This document shows positions 27,384 to 38,878 of a stretch of DNA of 64,000 bases, piece by piece. Positions within the stretch are counted from its first letter, which is position 1. Each line of letters begins with the position of its first letter. Made by a program: the position numbers and the translations under genes. The stretch comes from Octopus bimaculoides (Eukaryota), in NCBI RefSeq assembly GCF_001194135.2, contig NC_068989.1, forward strand, positions 76,951,918 to 77,015,917, read 5' to 3'. The notes beneath the pieces were generated by a model, which had not been told where the DNA came from, did no database searches, and saw nothing but the letters and a program-made list of their open reading frames with translations.

Positions 27384-27937
27384 GTGTTCGTGTGTGTGTG
27401 TGTGTGTGTAAGATTAACCTTAAAAAATTAGATGTGGACACCTAATGAATAAAAGCGTAAACTAATATTTTCAACTAGGAAACTTCTAAGTGAATGTTTG
27501 ATTTGCTAGAAATGCTACAATAATTTCCATTTAAATGATACACCAGTTATTTTTGAAAGACGCATCTTCCTAGATCCAACTAGTTTTAGAATATGCTGAG
27601 AGGGTCACAATTGGCACTGTACAATTATAAGTCTGATTATTTTAACCCGAGCTAAATCTCATCTGTAATAACAATTCTATGAAAATGTAAGGGATTCTTC
27701 CCTTTTCTAAGGTTATTCTTGCTTAAAGAAACAAGATGATGAGTTGCTCGCGTGTCAGATAATTCGTGGAAAATAGTTCATTGCGGTATGGTAGCCTTGT
27801 GATTGATGTAATATTTGTGATCCCTGTATACTGAACTATTCGTGAGATTGGTATAATTATATGCTTTACACAGATTGATGCATCTTCGGCTCCTTTGCAG
27901 GAAGAGATTCAACATGAAGAAGATTACAAAAAGAAGG

Positions 27938-28370
27938 TGATAGATCTGGTTACATAATATTATCTGTGCACGCTTAGATTCAGCACCGGTAATTAAGTCT
28001 TGCAAGATTTCAGTACATAGACAATCTCTCGTCGCACGAACGATGAAATCACAACCATAGTAACGTCAGAAAGTAATATATTTGGCCATATAATTTTATC
28101 TGCACACTCTTTGATTCAATAACGGTAATTAAGGGTTGCACCAGAATATAGGCAAACGCTCGTCACACGAACAATCACAATGACTACTATAATAAGAGAA
28201 GAACGTAATAGATTTAGTCATATAATATTATCTGCACACACTTAGATTCAGCAATGGTAATTAAGGGTTACAAGATAACAATACGTTGAAAATCTATCAT
28301 CACATGAACTATCTCAGTTACAACAAGAATGGAAACAAATGCTCATAGATTTAGTTGCGTAATTTCATCA
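27938..28370. repeat. Diverged tandem repeat, ~135-140 bp unit, about 3 copies
   Basis: The motif ataatattatctgcacacacttagattcagcaatggtaattaagggtt recurs at ~27955, ~28090 and ~28222. Confidence 0.88.
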
Positions 28371-28820
28371 TCAAAATTAGGTTACAGCTAACTTTTCTAC
28401 TGTTAGTGTTTCAAGGATCACCTTAAAAATAACAGCACGCACGTATGTGAATCCAACTGAAAAATTACTTCATAATTGCTCAGTCAAACACGCTGTCGTA
28501 GTACACTGCAGTTGAAAGAATCTAGACGATTGGTTAATACATTCTTTAATGACGGAAGAATGACGAAAGGTAAGGTCTAGTTTAATAGGATTTCAAATAA
28601 GAATGTGAAAGAATATAATTATATAACACCTTATGTGTTTCCATGTTCTATCGATATGTCATATATCAGTCTCTAAAATTTGTTTTTATAAGCAGAAGTT
28701 CTAATCATTCTCGTACAATAAAGAAATATTTTTATGGAAGGGTATTCAAAATATCTTACACCAAACTTATACAATTAGACCAAGTATCATGCTTAAGAAA
28801 TATTTTATCGAGTCGCATTA

Positions 28821-28936
28821 TTTACCTTTTATCTTTTTGGGATCGATAAATTAAGTACCAGCTGGGTACTGGGGTCAATCTAATCGACTGGACCCCTCTC
28901 CAAAAATTTCGGGCCTTGTGCCTAGAGTAGAAAGAA
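28821..28936 (+). mobile_element. SINE family B, 3' half
   Basis: gatcgataaattaagtaccagctgggtactggggtcaatctaatcgact..gggccttgtgcc is homologous to the 12771 copy. Confidence 0.85.
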
Positions 28937-29469
28937 AAAACAAATTCTTGGTGAACTTTATTCTGTCCTCGGCATTCTACATCTCACACGTACGTCTCTA
29001 AATACTTATCATTTGCGACTCAATATATTTCTCTGAATATCTGGCATTCATGAGCTCGCTACATCCAATTCTGTTCCAGTTCTTATAGTTCTTCTCAGAG
29101 CTTACACCGTTAAAGCTTTAAGGGGAACAAAAACTTTTCGAATTCGCTGAAAACAGGTATTGCCGAAGCATCAGTAACTCTATTCTAGCGAAGAACAAAT
29201 TTGAATTACAAAGTACCGATATACTTATATCTATATATATATACATATATATATATNNNNNNNNNNNNNNNNNNNNNNNNNNNNNNNNNNNNNNNNNNNN
29301 NNNNNNNNNNNNNNNNNNNNNNNNNNNNNNNNNNNNNNNNNNNNNNNNNNNNNNNNNNNNNNNNNNNNNNNNNNNNNNNNNNNNNNNNNNNNNNNNNNNN
29401 NNNNNNNNNNNNNNNNNNNNNNNNNNNNNNNNNNNNNNNNNNNNNATATATATACCTTATACTTGTTTT

Positions 29470-29655
29470 AGTTAATTGACTACAACCATGCTGGGGCGTC
29501 ATCTTGAAGAAATTTTAGTTGAATGAATCAACCCTAGAACAAAATTTTGTTTAGCCTGATACTTATTCTATCGGTTTCTTTTGTCGATCCACTAGGTAAC
29601 GGAGAAGTAAACACACCGACACTAGTTGTCAAGTTGTGGTCGAGTACAGATACAG

Positions 29656-29693
<38 letters not shown>

Positions 29694-29775
29694 CGGCCTT
29701 CTCTCGGTTTCCGCCTACGAATTCCACTCGCAAGACTTTGATGAACCCAAGGCTATAGTAGAAGACATTTTGCCT
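29470..29775 (-). mobile_element. Composite SINE (module A + (TG)n + module C)
   Basis: Same architecture as 9217-9643. Confidence 0.75.
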
Positions 29776-30567
29776 TGATACATTATGTGCATGTTTCGAT
29801 TCACTTGTTCAGCGTTTGACATTGTATCAATGTTAGTATTTAATATTTTCGAGTAAGATATTTCATTGTTTTCATTTATTCCGACCCCTTGTGTCTGTTA
29901 TCAATATCTAATCTTTGTTAGTTTCTTTGATTTCGATATGTTTTTTTCTCTTCTGACTACTTGCCATATTTCTTTAAGCTTTATATGAATTCTCCGTAGA
30001 ATTTGAGTTGATTCTCCCAAGAAAATATTTATTATCCCTGTAGATCATAAGATAAGACGTATAAACCAATAACAATAATAAGAGTAATGATAAATAATTA
30101 GGTTGTGATTTCATAAAGCATCGTGTGTTTAGCTTAAAATATCACTTCTATATTACAACTGTGTGAAAAATAGTGTGAATTTCGTTGAGGATGGTTCATT
30201 CGTCGTTAACTACGGTAGAATTCTGTTGTCTGATCACCCAAACTATAACCATTAATCTAGTGTGCAATTGACTGAGTGACTTGCATATATATATATTGAC
30301 CATCCTTAATGTAATTCGTACGCCGAATCATCACTGCCCAATACATGAAGTCTTTTGATATAATTTTCGGTCACACAATTTCACTAACAAGGCGTGAATT
30401 GTTCCGAGGATGTGGTAATGTACGCTTCCCAAGATTCCAATCAGCGTGATATAATTGAGCACATAATTGAAAAGGCTACTACTAATCCAATCTCTCTATG
30501 TTCATTGAAAATGTCATTCTGTCTGGTAAAGCTTCGTCTAACATACATTTTATGAGTATTTTATCGT

Positions 30568-30575
30568 CATTATTA

Positions 30576-30637
<62 letters not shown>
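30568..30637. repeat. (ATT)n microsatellite
   Basis: Direct reading. Confidence 0.97.
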
Positions 30638-30639
<2 letters not shown>

Positions 30640-31209
30640 GTGAGAGAGCAGTGTATGCCAGTAAGTGACACTGGAGTAAAATATACGAAGCCCAATATAC
30701 CCATCATGACTACACGTCTGATAAGGGTACACCAGTCACATGCATCACAACCATATGTGTGTGACATTGTGATCTCATATGAAGATAAACAGCGCATGAC
30801 CTCGTAGGTGGGGCCCAGTTAGAATTTTCTTCAGGTCGGGTAGCCCATCCCATTCATAAGGTCCCTGAATAAAGTTTGTTTAAGGATGTTGAGCAAAACA
30901 CCCAAGTTTCCAGTGGTGAATTATTCAAACCCCAAAGAATTCTTCCCAACACATGGCTCTGATGCTCCCCAACTACTTCTGCTCATGAACAGAGATGCAC
31001 ATATCGTCATCTACCAAGGGACATGATCTACTGGTTACGGTCAAACAACTGACAAGCAAATCTGTGATATTGAGCAGAATATTTGCTCTAGCCCATCTTT
31101 TATACAAGACAAAACAATGTACATGATAACACTTCCAATCAATTAAGATCAGAAGCCATGAGGGCCACTGCCTGGTACTACATACGGGCATGAGAACCAC
31201 TGCCTGGTA
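30638..31209 (-). mobile_element. Non-coding retroelement-like segment bounded on both sides by (TAA)n; probable UTR of a TAA-targeting LINE or its non-autonomous derivative
   Basis: Sharp compositional boundaries at both (ATT)n tracts; 13-bp duplication ccactgcctggta at the 31165-31209 end; family identity recalled, not searched. Confidence 0.45.
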
Positions 31210-31269
31210 TTATTAATATTATTATTATTATTGTTGTTATTATTATAATTATTATTACTATTATTTTAT

Positions 31270-31745
31270 TGCCTTTGCACAGCTTCTAACGCTGGAGTTG
31301 TACTATGGTTTTAGCTGTTCACTGCCAGTAAACTAAAGTAACACCCCTTATTTTTTCAAGCAGCATCTGAAGTATTCGAACTCCTGTTTGGATGGGTTTG
31401 AGGGAGTATCCTTCTTCTTTTGTGGCTGCAGTGGCTGCTGAATATAGTATGTCATTTAGCTCAGTAATATTGCCAGTTGTTTCTGTGGCTATTAGTTCCG
31501 TGACGGCCAGGTTTATGCTATTTATTATTGATATTGTTTTATTGTCTATTTTGATTTTTGGGAGATATAATCGGTGGTCCATTCTGAGATCTGTGGTTTT
31601 CAGTTCTTTGATTATTCTCATTTTTATAGTATTATAATCATTAGGTTCCCCTTCACTCTTTCCAGGTTTTAGATTTGTTTCGCCTTCCTTCTCATTCACA
31701 TGTTTGTCTGTCGTGTTCTGGATTGGTGCTTCTGGATTAGTATCA
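31270..31745 (-). mobile_element. Non-LTR retrotransposon ORF fragment (R4/Dong-like N-terminal region) joined to a 3' end with (TAA)n tail
   Basis: ORF 31319-31699: RLYLPKIKIDNK..ITELNDILYSAATAAT.EEGY resembles the pre-RT region of R4-clade ORFs; on the minus strand it ends in tgtgcaaaggc(aat)n. Confidence 0.5.
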
Positions 31746-31999
31746 TGGGGCGGATACCTCCTATGTCAGTATATGTATATATTTGCGCCCTTCTTACAGT
31801 GCCAGAAGTATTTTAACTCTTATTTCTAGCAATGTAGGTGCTATGGCACCATTAGTCATACCTAGTGACGACTCAAGCTTTCATTATGGAATCACATTGC
31901 CCCTAGCTCTTTATATTAACATTTAGTATAAACATTAGCATTTCACTAAACAATCCATAAAACGTTTATGTGAAATATATATATGCTGGGAGACAGAAT

Positions 32000-32103
32000 T
32001 AACCGACCATGAGCCGCTAGAGCAGTCACCACTGACGATGCCTACTGTAAAGGCGAAACTATGTCTAGTCTGGTTAATCCTCGAGACGGTCATGAGGTCG
32101 TTA
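32000..32103 (+). ncRNA. Type I hammerhead ribozyme, apparently complete
   Basis: CUGACGA 32032-38; extra U; stem II GCCU/AGGC with loop ACUGUAA; GAAA 32055-58; stem III (A)CUA/UAG(U) with loop UGUC; GUC cleavage triplet ending 32070; stem I ACCA/UGGU plus a 5x5 internal loop and a long distal helix. Confidence 0.88.
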
Positions 32104-33169
32104 CGTCCCCTGTCAGTATATATATCTGTGCTTGCACGCGCACACACATCCACACATATTTATATCTATATAGAAATACATACACACATACACATATGTA
32201 TATATAAACATATGCATGTGCATACTCATATATAATTTCTCGTTCCTTTCTCGTTTATTCAATTTCATATTACACTCTGTACTGAGCTAACGTATCTTTT
32301 GAATCATGTGTATATTAAGTTTTAACACAAGGTTACTACCATCACAAAAGCAGAGTGAAACATTCCAATGTATATATATATATATATATATNNNNNNNNN
32401 NNNNNNNNNNNNNNNNNNNNNNNNNNNNNNNNNNNNNNNNNNNNNNNNNNNNNNNNNNNNNNNNNNNNNNNNNNNNNNNNNNNNNNNNNNNNNNNNNNNN
32501 NNNNNNNNNNNNNNNNNNNNNNNNNNNNNNNNNNNNNNNNNNNNNNNNNNNNNNNNNNNNNNNNNNNNNNTATATATATATGCACGTATATACTCGTATA
32601 TTAAGACAGCGAACCTCCAACAGCATAAGTAGTAAACATCCAATGCGCAACTTTTATCGACAGGATGTCACATTATGATGGAATATTTTGAGCACTTTAC
32701 TGTATTATAAATTCAAGGATAAATTAGACATTCTAACAAAAAACATTTTGTAAACAGGTTAAGAAATGTCAATCGGTGTTATGAAGCAGCATATCACATC
32801 ATTCACAATTGTTTGTGAAGGCCTATGCTTCTGGTATTTCTTGTACACCCGTATACTTGCAATATACTTAGTTATGTAACGGAGATGCATCAACAAAAAT
32901 GATTCATAACACGTGATAAAAACGATGGGAAGTAAATATGCAAATGGAATATAATCGCTGCACGTAAACAGCATTCTTCAATGGAAAAGAACATAAACAT
33001 TAAATACACTTTCTCTTTTAGATATAATGTTCGGAAAAAGATATGTACCAAACTTTTCTATTTGAATATTAATAATACTGAAATGGTAATATTAAAATGT
33101 TAACATTAGTTTTAAATTGTGGCACAAAAGCAGCAATTTCAGAGAAGAGGATATGTCAATTGCACCGTT

Positions 33170-33290
33170 GCCATTATTCTGAAAGCATGAAAGTCGAAGC
33201 TGACTTCGATGGATTTCGAACCGAAGACGTAAAGGCGAATAAAATGGCGCTAACCATTTTGCATCGCTTGCTAAGGATTCCTCCAGCACA
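33170..33290 (-). mobile_element. SINE family B, diverged 5' part
   Basis: The reverse complement reads cttagcaagcgatgcaaaatggttagcgccattttattcgcctttacgtcttcggttcgaaatcc..gactttcatgctttc. Confidence 0.6.
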
Positions 33291-33762
33291 TGACCTTAGA
33301 CAAAAATAATATCAAAATTCAGAATAAAAGATACCTAACCAAAAGTTGAAATATTGCAAACCGCAATATGTAATGAGAGACAATGTACTTCAATTCACTC
33401 TCCTTGTATCTTTCTCTCTGTGTGTGTGTGTGTGTGTGTATGTGTATAAATCTACACACATATANNNNNNNNNNNNNNNNNNNNNNNNNNNNNNNNNNNN
33501 NNNNNNNNNNNNNNNNNNNNNNNNNNNNNNNNNNNNNNNNNNNNNNNNNNNNNNNNNNNNNNNNNNNNNNNNNNNNNNNNNNNNNNNNNNNNNNNNNNNN
33601 NNNNNNNNNNNNNNNNNNNNNNNNNNNNNNNNNNNNNNNNNNNNNNNNNNNNNNNNNNNNNNNNNNNNNNNNNNNNNNNNNNNNNNNNNNNNNNNNNNNN
33701 NNNNNNNNNNNNNNNNNNNNNNNNNNNNNNNNNNNNNNNNNNNNNNNNNNNNNNNNNNNNNN

Positions 33763-33817
<55 letters not shown>

Positions 33818-33990
33818 AATATCAGTGTGTGTGTCTGTGTGAGTGTGTTTGTGTATATTATGTTATATTATATTAGTTGACATATCTTGTGACTGCTTTC
33901 GTATATCATTCATAATGTCTTTAAGTCAATATCCGGGGACAGCAAGTGAATTGAAATATAATGAAAAACACAATCAGAAAGCTTAATATA

Positions 33991-34506
33991 CGAGGGTTAG
34001 TCAAAACGTAATGCCACTTTTTTAAGGACAGGTATAATTACCAACACAGGCACATGTATCGTAAATCAAAATGAAGCTGGTCCTCTGCGGATCACATCCC
34101 TTCTTCTCAACATAGTCACTGTTTCTCTCAATAGCAATGTTCCACTTTCGAATGAGAGCATGCATCCCTGCCCCGTAAAATTCTGTTAACTGTTCTTTGA
34201 GCCACTTCAGATTTAGCACCTTCAGATTATCTTCCCTTCGGTCCCATTAAAGAGGGTTTGAGAGGCAAACATTATTCCAGTGACGAGGAAGTGAAAACTG
34301 TAGTGAAGTAGTGCCTCAAAGAACAGTCAATAGAATTTTACGGGGCAGGGATACATGCTCTCATTCGAAGGTGAAACATTGCTATTGAGAGAAATGGTGA
34401 CAATGGAAACAGAGGACCAGCTTCGTTTTGATGTATGATACATGTTCCTGTGTTGATAATTATATCTCTCCTAAACACAATGGGATTACTTTTTGATTCA
34501 CCCTCG
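33991..34506. mobile_element. Mariner-derived foldback/MITE: both arms are the transposon 3' end
   Basis: TA-cgagggttagtcaaaa...ttttgattcaccctcg-TA. The ~220 bp inverted arms each encode the C-terminus (LKEQ..EFYGAGIHALIR.W.IAIERN.D). Confidence 0.92.
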
Positions 34507-35694
34507 TATGTGTATAGCTGAATACTAAATATTATGATTACATTTTTCTATGTTATATGAGAGTACATTCTAAAAGCGTATAAATACTACGACTAGTAAT
34601 AAATAATGAAAAGAAAAACACTTATACTCAACGTGATTTCATAACTAATTTTTTAAATTTTAGGCATAATTTTGCTTACTAAAACCCTATAAAAGTATGA
34701 TTATTTAGACAAAAATTATCTGCAAGTATACGTATTGGTGTTGAAACGGTGTGCTTTGCTTCACATATTTCTGAGGCAGTTTTATAAGTATATTTAAATG
34801 CCTTACTAGTTAACTATCTACATATTCTTCATCAGATTTTAAAAAGCCTCAGCAACAAAACTCAAATATTGTTGAAGTAAAAATTTAAGTACGAACAACC
34901 ATGACGAGTATGACATAAAAAGCTCCAAAAAATTCATTTCCTGTATCTAATCACACACTGATTAAAGGTTTAACATTACCTGTCTAATATAGACTATTCT
35001 GTTCGATTGTATGCATCTTGGTAACTGAAATAACTCCAGTCTACGCAAATTTACTTAAACAATATTTGGAAATTTAAATGCATCGAGAATCGCATCGAAA
35101 TTACAGTAACTTTGTCAATATCTGAAAGAAAACTTGGAGATGTAGCGATTTAAGGACAATTACTTTATTGTGTGGAAAGAAAACATAGAGAAAAGAAAGT
35201 AATTTGAAATATTAATTTATGGAATTAATAATAATATTTAATTCCTAATAGAATAGAAAAAAATATTTATTAAAGACAATCATATTGAAACACACACATA
35301 TTACACTTACAGTATTCGCCTTCAGGAATCCTGATCTATGTTCATGGAGAGATTCTATGTCCCTATTGATAATACGATACAACGATAAGAAAGCTTATAC
35401 TAAATGAGAAAATATCCGAAAATATATCAGAATTGAGCGTGTTGTCATAAGTTAAGCTCGCCGCTTTAATAAGTCAAGCAAATTTTAAAATACATTCTCC
35501 AATGCAAATTATAGTGAAAGAACATCTAGCAACAGTGTTTCAATAAAGAATTTACAATCATAGACAAAAGTTAATTGTATTTAAATATGTATAGTTATGC
35601 AAAGAATAGACATTTAATTAATTGATGTTTATATCTATTATCAATATTTATTTCAAATTCTGGCACAAGGCTAGAAATAATGAGGTAGTGGAAA

Positions 35695-35861
35695 GGCGAC
35701 GAGCTGGCAGAATCGTTAGAGCGCCGGGCGAAATACTTAGCGGTATTTCGTCTGCCGTTACTTTCTGTGTTCAAATTCCGCCGAAGTTTACTTCGCCTTT
35801 TATCCTTTCGGCGTCGATTACATAAGTACCAGTTACGCACTAAGGTCGATGTGATCGACTT
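35695..35861 (+). mobile_element. SINE family B
   Basis: ggcgacgagctggcagaatcgttagagcgccgggcgaaatacttagcgg..gttcaaattccgccga. Confidence 0.88.
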
Positions 35862-35920
35862 TATGAGGTAGTTGGGGAGTCGAATACATCGATCCCTGTA
35901 CTCATGGTACTTATTTTATA
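35862..35920 (-). mobile_element. SINE family B 3' fragment, tail-to-tail with the previous copy
   Basis: The reverse complement reads ataaaataagtaccatgagtacagggatcgatgtattcgact. Confidence 0.7.
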
Positions 35921-36074
35921 AGCANNNNNNNNNNNNNNNNNNNNNNNNNNNNNNNNNNNNNNNNNNNNNNNNNNNNNNNNNNNNNNNNNNNNNNNNNNNN
36001 NNNNNNNNNNNNNNNNNNNNNNNNNNNNNNNNNNNNNNNNNNNNNNNNNNNNNNNNNNNNNNNNNNGGGGGGGG

Positions 36075-36250
36075 GTACTTAGCGGCATATCGTCCGACAT
36101 TGCAGATGAAATGAGTTCAAATTCCTCCGAGGACAACTTTGGTTTTCATCCTTTCTGGGTCGATAAAATTTGTACCAGTCGATTACTGTTGTTGATGTAA
36201 TTGACTTACCCTTCACCTGAAATTGCTGGCCTTGTGCCAAAATTCGAAAC
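36075..36250 (+). mobile_element. SINE family B (5' end in gap)
   Basis: acttagcggcatatcg..gagttcaaattcctccgagg..ttttcatcctttctgggtcgataaaa..gctggccttgtgccaaaattcgaaacc. Confidence 0.85.
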
Positions 36251-36585
36251 CATTATTAACTGAGCGGTGTGAAGTATATTTCGTTGCTTGTTTTGTTAAT
36301 AGCGTTCGGCTGTATATCCCCTGTTGCGCACAAAAACATCTACTAATAAAATTAATAACCTTAAACAGAATTGTTAATTACAGTAATGATTCTCTAAAGA
36401 GAATAAAGACATTTGCATAAATGAACATTCTGTTTTAATCAGAAAATTTTATCGGAACGATTTCAGTGAATTTCATCTATATATTGAATATAACATACTA
36501 GTGGAAAATTACTAATTTACACACACATAAACACTCACGCACAACTCTCTCCCTCTTATTCTCTCTCTCTCTCTCTCCCTCTTAT

Positions 36586-36625
<40 letters not shown>

Positions 36626-37074
36626 ACACACAGATTGACAGACACCTCCCACACACATACAAACGCGGATGTATATACAGGTGGTTCCCTTTGGCAATGG
36701 CCGTTAAAACATGGGAGATAACCATTCCTTCGCAACAACAGACGGGATAATAAATCTGAATTTGAAATGTAAGAAAACAAGACATATAACATATTGTGAT
36801 GACAAAGGAATAAATAATTAACTCATGAACTTCATTAGCTTACAGCTGTTTCTGCTGTAGGATGAAATGCACTCATAATTGAGTACCTAAGCATCACCTT
36901 ATAGTTGTAAGCTAATGAGTTTAATAAGATAATTAAATATTCCTTTGTCATCTCAATCTTAGTGCAGCTGTGTACTCGACTGAGCTTCACTCTAAAGCAT
37001 ATGTATCTTGATTCCTATTACAAGGTTATTATTATCGCAATGCATATGCAAAATATGAATATCAATGACAATAC

Positions 37075-37155
<81 letters not shown>

Positions 37156-37635
37156 TGTGTGTGTGTGCGTGTGCGTGTGTCTATGTGTGTGTGTGTCTGT
37201 GCGGTCCTCCTGCATAGCCACGGCTTTAATCTCAAACATGTAAAAGCATAAAAGAACACACGCACGCACACACATACATACATAAACACATATACATGCA
37301 CATCTGAATACGGATGTATTTCAGAGAATCTGGTGTTAGACACTGCTTCCAGAGTGTCAGCTATTCTCCACTCCGTTGCATTATATACAGATGGGATGTA
37401 AGTATGCTTATTTTCATATTTTATCTCTGCCATGGTTGAAAGAAGACAATGCACAATATTGTGAGATACTCCCAGTTCCGATAAAATATCTATCTATACA
37501 TACCTACATACGTACATCTGTACACACACAATCACACCCACACATACTGTATCCACGTAAGACAATGATCTACATTTGACGATACTGAGTAGGTCTAATC
37601 CACTGAAAAATTCTTGAAAATAACAACATGGTCAA

Positions 37636-38030
37636 TATAGAGCTTTACTTTCAGGGATATACAGACTCGAGGAGGCAATGTAGTTGAAACGACCCGACAG
37701 ACGACGTGCTGTTGCAATATGACAACACTAGCTCCGCGTCACAAATTTCAGCACGATGCTGAAAATGCTGATTAGCAAATCAAGGGCTCGGTTGGGAAGT
37801 TCTGCAGCATCCACTGTATACTCCTGATAAAGGGGCTTTAGTTTGTCATTTCTTTCTCACTTTCCAACGGACTGAGAGGCGTTTCATTCAGCAACAATAT
37901 GGATCTGAAAGCATAGCTAGATAAATTCTTCCAAACAAGACCAAGTGATTTATTCCATCAAATTACAGACAAGCTAGTCAAATGCTGTCAGGGAGTCCTG
38001 AACAAAGAAGGGGAATACATTATTGGTTAG
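37636..38030 (+). mobile_element. Highly decayed mariner transposase, C-terminal half
   Basis: LKRPDRRRAV..YDN..GLGWEVLQHPLYTPD..SLSNGLRGVSFSNN..LNKEGEYIIG* across frameshifts. Confidence 0.78.
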
Positions 38031-38207
38031 ACCATTGGTGAAAATTAAAGATTAAAATAAATCGAAAAATAGGCAAACAAATTATCTGAAAAACTCATAT
38101 AAGCGAAAATACACGCACAAAAATACAATCACACACAAACAAATACACACACACAAACAATACACACACATATACAAACATCTACATATACAAACATACA
38201 CACACAC

Positions 38208-38244
<37 letters not shown>

Positions 38245-38679
38245 TATATATAGATATATATATACACATATATATACACATGCCCCCACGCACGCAAACA
38301 TATATGCACAAAAGCACGTGCACACGTGACCGCTGACATGATCATACGCATAGCTATAACAATATTTTTTTTTTGTTAGCAAGCAATTAGATTGCGAAAG
38401 ATTCGGAAATGTTCTGACAACCGAATATAATTATTTAATTTTAAGGTATATATAGTAATTCATATTTAAATTTGCAGAAACGTCTATACGATTACTGCAA
38501 TTTTCGATTCAATTACAAGGCGAATTGTTAACTTCAAGAAATGTGTATTCGACTGCATATAGACAAACGCATATGCTTGTAGACAATATGTACGTAAGCA
38601 CATTTTTATCTTTTTATGTGAGTCTTCATGTGTATGTGTATGTCTGTGTATGTCTGTGTATGTTTGTGTATGTCTGCTC

Positions 38680-38812
38680 GTGGCCTCGTGGCTGTGCAGT
38701 AAGTAGCTTGCTTTGCAACCACATTATTCCGGGTTCAGTTTCACTTAGAGGTAACTCCGGCAAGTGTCTTCTACTATAGCTACAGGCCGACCAAAGCCTT
38801 GTAAGTGGATTT
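38680..38812 (+). mobile_element. SINE module A (tRNA head + CORE-like), followed by (TA)n
   Basis: gtggctgtgcagtaagtagcttgctttgcaaccac..ccgggttcagtttc..ggcaagtgtcttctactatagc..ggccgaccaaagccttgtaagtggat. Confidence 0.85.
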
Positions 38813-38814
38813 TC

Positions 38815-38878
<64 letters not shown>

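Noticed and set aside
27938-28370. CRISPR-like repeat-spacer array
   Set aside because: The inter-block sequences are homologous to each other, the repeats are diverged, the context is eukaryotic and no cas genes are present
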